DNA of 64,000 bases. Origin: Perlucidibaca sp. GTDB lineage: Bacteria; Pseudomonadota; Gammaproteobacteria; Pseudomonadales; Moraxellaceae. The position numbers were made by a program, and so were the translations under genes. The stretch's first letter is position 1. Each line of letters starts with the position of its first letter. A model generated the notes under the pieces. The model did no database searches, was not told the origin of the DNA, and was given only the letters and a program-made list of their open reading frames with translations. Where the stretch lies: assembly GCA_041612115.1 (NCBI GenBank), contig JBFJJU010000001.1:15537-79536 (forward strand), given 5' to 3'. Below are positions 61,745 to 64,000 of this stretch, one piece after another.

Positions 61745-63115
61745 TTATTTTGTCGTTTTTTTAGTCGGGCGCTGCCAACCGTCTAGAGTGATTTGCTTGG
61801 CGCGACTCACCGCAAGTGTTGCCTGAGCTACTGATTTGGTAATTGTTGAACCTGCGCCCGTGGTTGCATTTGAAGCAATTTCAACCGGTGCCACCAATGA
61901 GTTATTGCTGCCAATGAATACATTGTCGCCGATGCTGGTTAGGTGCTTATTCGCGCCGTCGTAATTGCAGGTAATCGTGCCTGCGCCAATATTCGAGCCG
62001 CTACCAATAATGGCATCACCTAAGTATGTGAGATGATTGGCTTTGGAGCCTGCACCCATGCGCGTAGCTTTAGTTTCTACGAAGTTACCAATATGCACAT
62101 CAGCGCCTAAGTCGCTGCCTGGGCGGATGCGTGCGAATGGGCCTATTTGCACGCGCTCGCCAATAGTTGCCGAGTCAACGATGCTATAAGGTTTGATAAT
62201 AGTCTTAGCGGCAACCACACAGTTGCTAAGCACCGAGCCCATGCCAATCTGCACACCATCGCCGAGCACTACTCGACCATTAATCTGCACATTAGGCTCA
62301 AGCAGCACATCTTGGCCATGGACTAATTCGCCGCGAATATCTACGCGCGCTGGATCGATTATGGTTACACCGGCGCGAAGTAACGTGTCGGCTTGTGCTC
62401 GTTGCCAGACACGCTCAAGTGTCGCTAATTGCAGCTTATCATTGACGCCTTCTACTTCCCACGGCGTGTCAGGATGCACAGCTGTTACCGCCACATTTTC
62501 GGTACTAGCCATGCCAATTAAATCAGTTAAATAGTATTCGCCTTGCGAATTAGCATTGCGTAGCTCTGGCAGCCATTTATGCAATAAAGCATTAGGCACG
62601 CATAAAATACCCGTATTTACCTCTTTAATAAGTAGCTCATCGGCATTTGCATCTTTCTGCTCAACGATACGGGACACCCTGCCAGCTTCACGCACAATGC
62701 GGCCATAGCCGGTAGGATTATCGAGCGTGACAGTGAGTAATCCGAGCTCATTTTTGCCTTCGCAAACCGCGAGTAAGCGCTGCAATGTGCTAACGGATAA
62801 TAGAGGGACATCGCCGTATAAAATTAGCGTATTACCCGCTTTCCCAAGTACTGGTAGCGCCACAAGCACCGCATGACCCGTGCCTTTTTGCTCAGCCTGT
62901 AGAACCCAGTCAATAGCATCGTTAGCGAAGGCTTGTTGCACAACATCGCCACCATGGCCATAGACTACAATTGGGCGCTCGGCCCCAAGCATTCTGCTGG
63001 CGTCTAACACGTGCGCAAGCAATGGCTTGCCTGCCAAGGGCTGCATAACTTTGGGTAGCGCTGAGCGCATGCGCGTGCCTTTGCCTGCGGCTAAAATAAC
63101 GACCTGTAGTGCCAT
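61745..63115 (-). CDS. glmU: Bifunctional UDP-GlcNAc pyrophosphorylase/acetyltransferase
   Basis: [22 protein letters not shown], hexapeptide repeats, NYDGANK. Confidence 0.97.
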   Translation of the reverse strand: MALQVVILAAGKGTRMRSALPKVMQPLAGKPLLAHVLDASRMLGAERPIVVYGHGGDVVQQAFANDAIDWVLQAEQKGTGHAVLVALPVLGKAGNTLILYGDVPLLSVSTLQRLLAVCEGKNELGLLTVTLDNPTGYGRIVREAGRVSRIVEQKDANADELLIKEVNTGILCVPNALLHKWLPELRNANSQGEYYLTDLIGMASTENVAVTAVHPDTPWEVEGVNDKLQLATLERVWQRAQADTLLRAGVTIIDPARVDIRGELVHGQDVLLEPNVQINGRVVLGDGVQIGMGSVLSNCVVAAKTIIKPYSIVDSATIGERVQIGPFARIRPGSDLGADVHIGNFVETKATRMGAGSKANHLTYLGDAIIGSGSNIGAGTITCNYDGANKHLTSIGDNVFIGSNNSLVAPVEIASNATTGAGSTITKSVAQATLAVSRAKQITLDGWQRPTKKTTK

Positions 63116-63207
63116 GGTACCAACTGCTCTATTGCTGCAATGGCGCGCATTTTACACGAACTGCTTAGATTTGCCGCAGTGCTATTTTAAGGCCATTCGA
63201 CAAGCCA

Positions 63208-63642
63208 TTATTCTCCGCGAATATATTGCTCTAAGTGTTCAATGATTTGCTGCTGTTCTGAAATAACCTCTTTGACTAAATCACCAATAGAAACAATACC
63301 GATGATATTTTCGCCGTTTAACACAGGCAAATGACGCATCCGCTTTTCGGTCATAATGCCCATGCAACGCTCTGTTGTTTCTTCTGCCGTTACTGCTAAT
63401 ACAGTCCCAGTCATGATGTCGCGGACCAGAGTGTTGTATGAGGATCGCTCCATGAGCACAACTTTCCGTGCATAGTCTCGTTCGCTGACGATACCAACCA
63501 TGCGATCGCCTTCAGCTACGATCAGAGCACCAATACCTTTGTCGGCCATTAAGCTAATAGCCTCAAGCACAGTCGCTTGTGGCGTGATGGTATAGGTTGC
63601 TTGATTGGATTTTCCCTGCAGTACTTGCATCACCGTTTTCAC
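63208..63642 (-). CDS. CBS-pair domain protein
   Basis: GIVSERDYARKV, RHLPV, SIGDLVK; GTG start after GGAG. Confidence 0.9.
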   Translation of the reverse strand: MKTVMQVLQGKSNQATYTITPQATVLEAISLMADKGIGALIVAEGDRMVGIVSERDYARKVVLMERSSYNTLVRDIMTGTVLAVTAEETTERCMGIMTEKRMRHLPVLNGENIIGIVSIGDLVKEVISEQQQIIEHLEQYIRGE

Positions 63643-63747
63643 GTGGTACTCCAACGTCTTTATGCTGTTATTGTGTTTAGAGTTTTAGCACGGATTATCT
63701 GGGTCTGCGAGCATCAAGACTGGCTACTTATGCCACATTTATTTACA

Positions 63748-63785
63748 GGCAAAAAAAAAGACAGCCTAAGCTGTCTTTTTTTGCC
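63748..63785 (-). terminator. Intrinsic terminator of the atp operon
   Basis: AAAAAGACAGC-CTAA-GCTGTCTTTTT with A/T runs on both sides. Confidence 0.9.
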
Positions 63786-63801
63786 AATTACGCTTGCGAG
63801 C

Positions 63802-64000
63802 TTAACCGCGACCGCTGCGATTTTTCATCGCTTGCAATGTACGCAGCTGGGCAGCTGCCTCAGCTAGAGATGCAAGGGCCACTGAAGTATCCATCTCACT
63901 TTTCTGATTAGTCAGCGCTTCTTGTGCATGCTTACGAGCTTCCAAGGCCGCAGCCTCGTCCATATCGGCAGCACGCAGGGCGGTATCAGCCAAAATAGTT
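63802..64000 (-). CDS. atpC: ATP synthase epsilon subunit, 3' part
   Basis: ILADTALRAADMDEAAALEA...LAEAAAQLR; upstream of glmU. Confidence 0.92.
   Translation of the reverse strand, partial: TILADTALRAADMDEAAALEARKHAQEALTNQKSEMDTSVALASLAEAAAQLRTLQAMKNRSGRG

Overview
Gammaproteobacterial chromosome segment with Pseudomonadales/Moraxellaceae-like gene order: yicC...gmk-rpoZ-spoT-ridA, oxyR-recG, rbr-rubA-rubB, ubiCA, phoBR, phoU-pstBACS, uvrD, glmSU, atpC. Two accessory blocks interrupt it. (1) A ~8 kb defence island directly after the 3' end of yicC: an MqsR/MqsA/SecB-like toxin-antitoxin-chaperone system, an McrBC-type restriction system and an AAA_14/DUF4143 ATPase, followed by metY and several lipid-metabolism genes. 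(2) A ~16 kb five-gene operon of secreted DUF11/Ig-repeat proteins between phoR and phoU. The second block is the most interesting. By eye, its proteins show complementary split domains. An N-terminal Asn-bearing beta-hairpin (donor) is present on the outer-membrane barrel protein and on the 859-aa protein. A C-terminal Lys/Asp-bearing DUF11 domain that lacks exactly that hairpin (acceptor) is present on the 859-aa protein and on the ~2030-aa adhesin. A small stand-alone acceptor lacks the reactive residues. I infer a Gram-negative surface filament assembled head-to-tail by donor-hairpin complementation and possibly locked by intermolecular Lys-Asn isopeptide bonds (anchor - shaft(n) - tip, plus chaperone). 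All family calls come from motif recognition; no searches were run.
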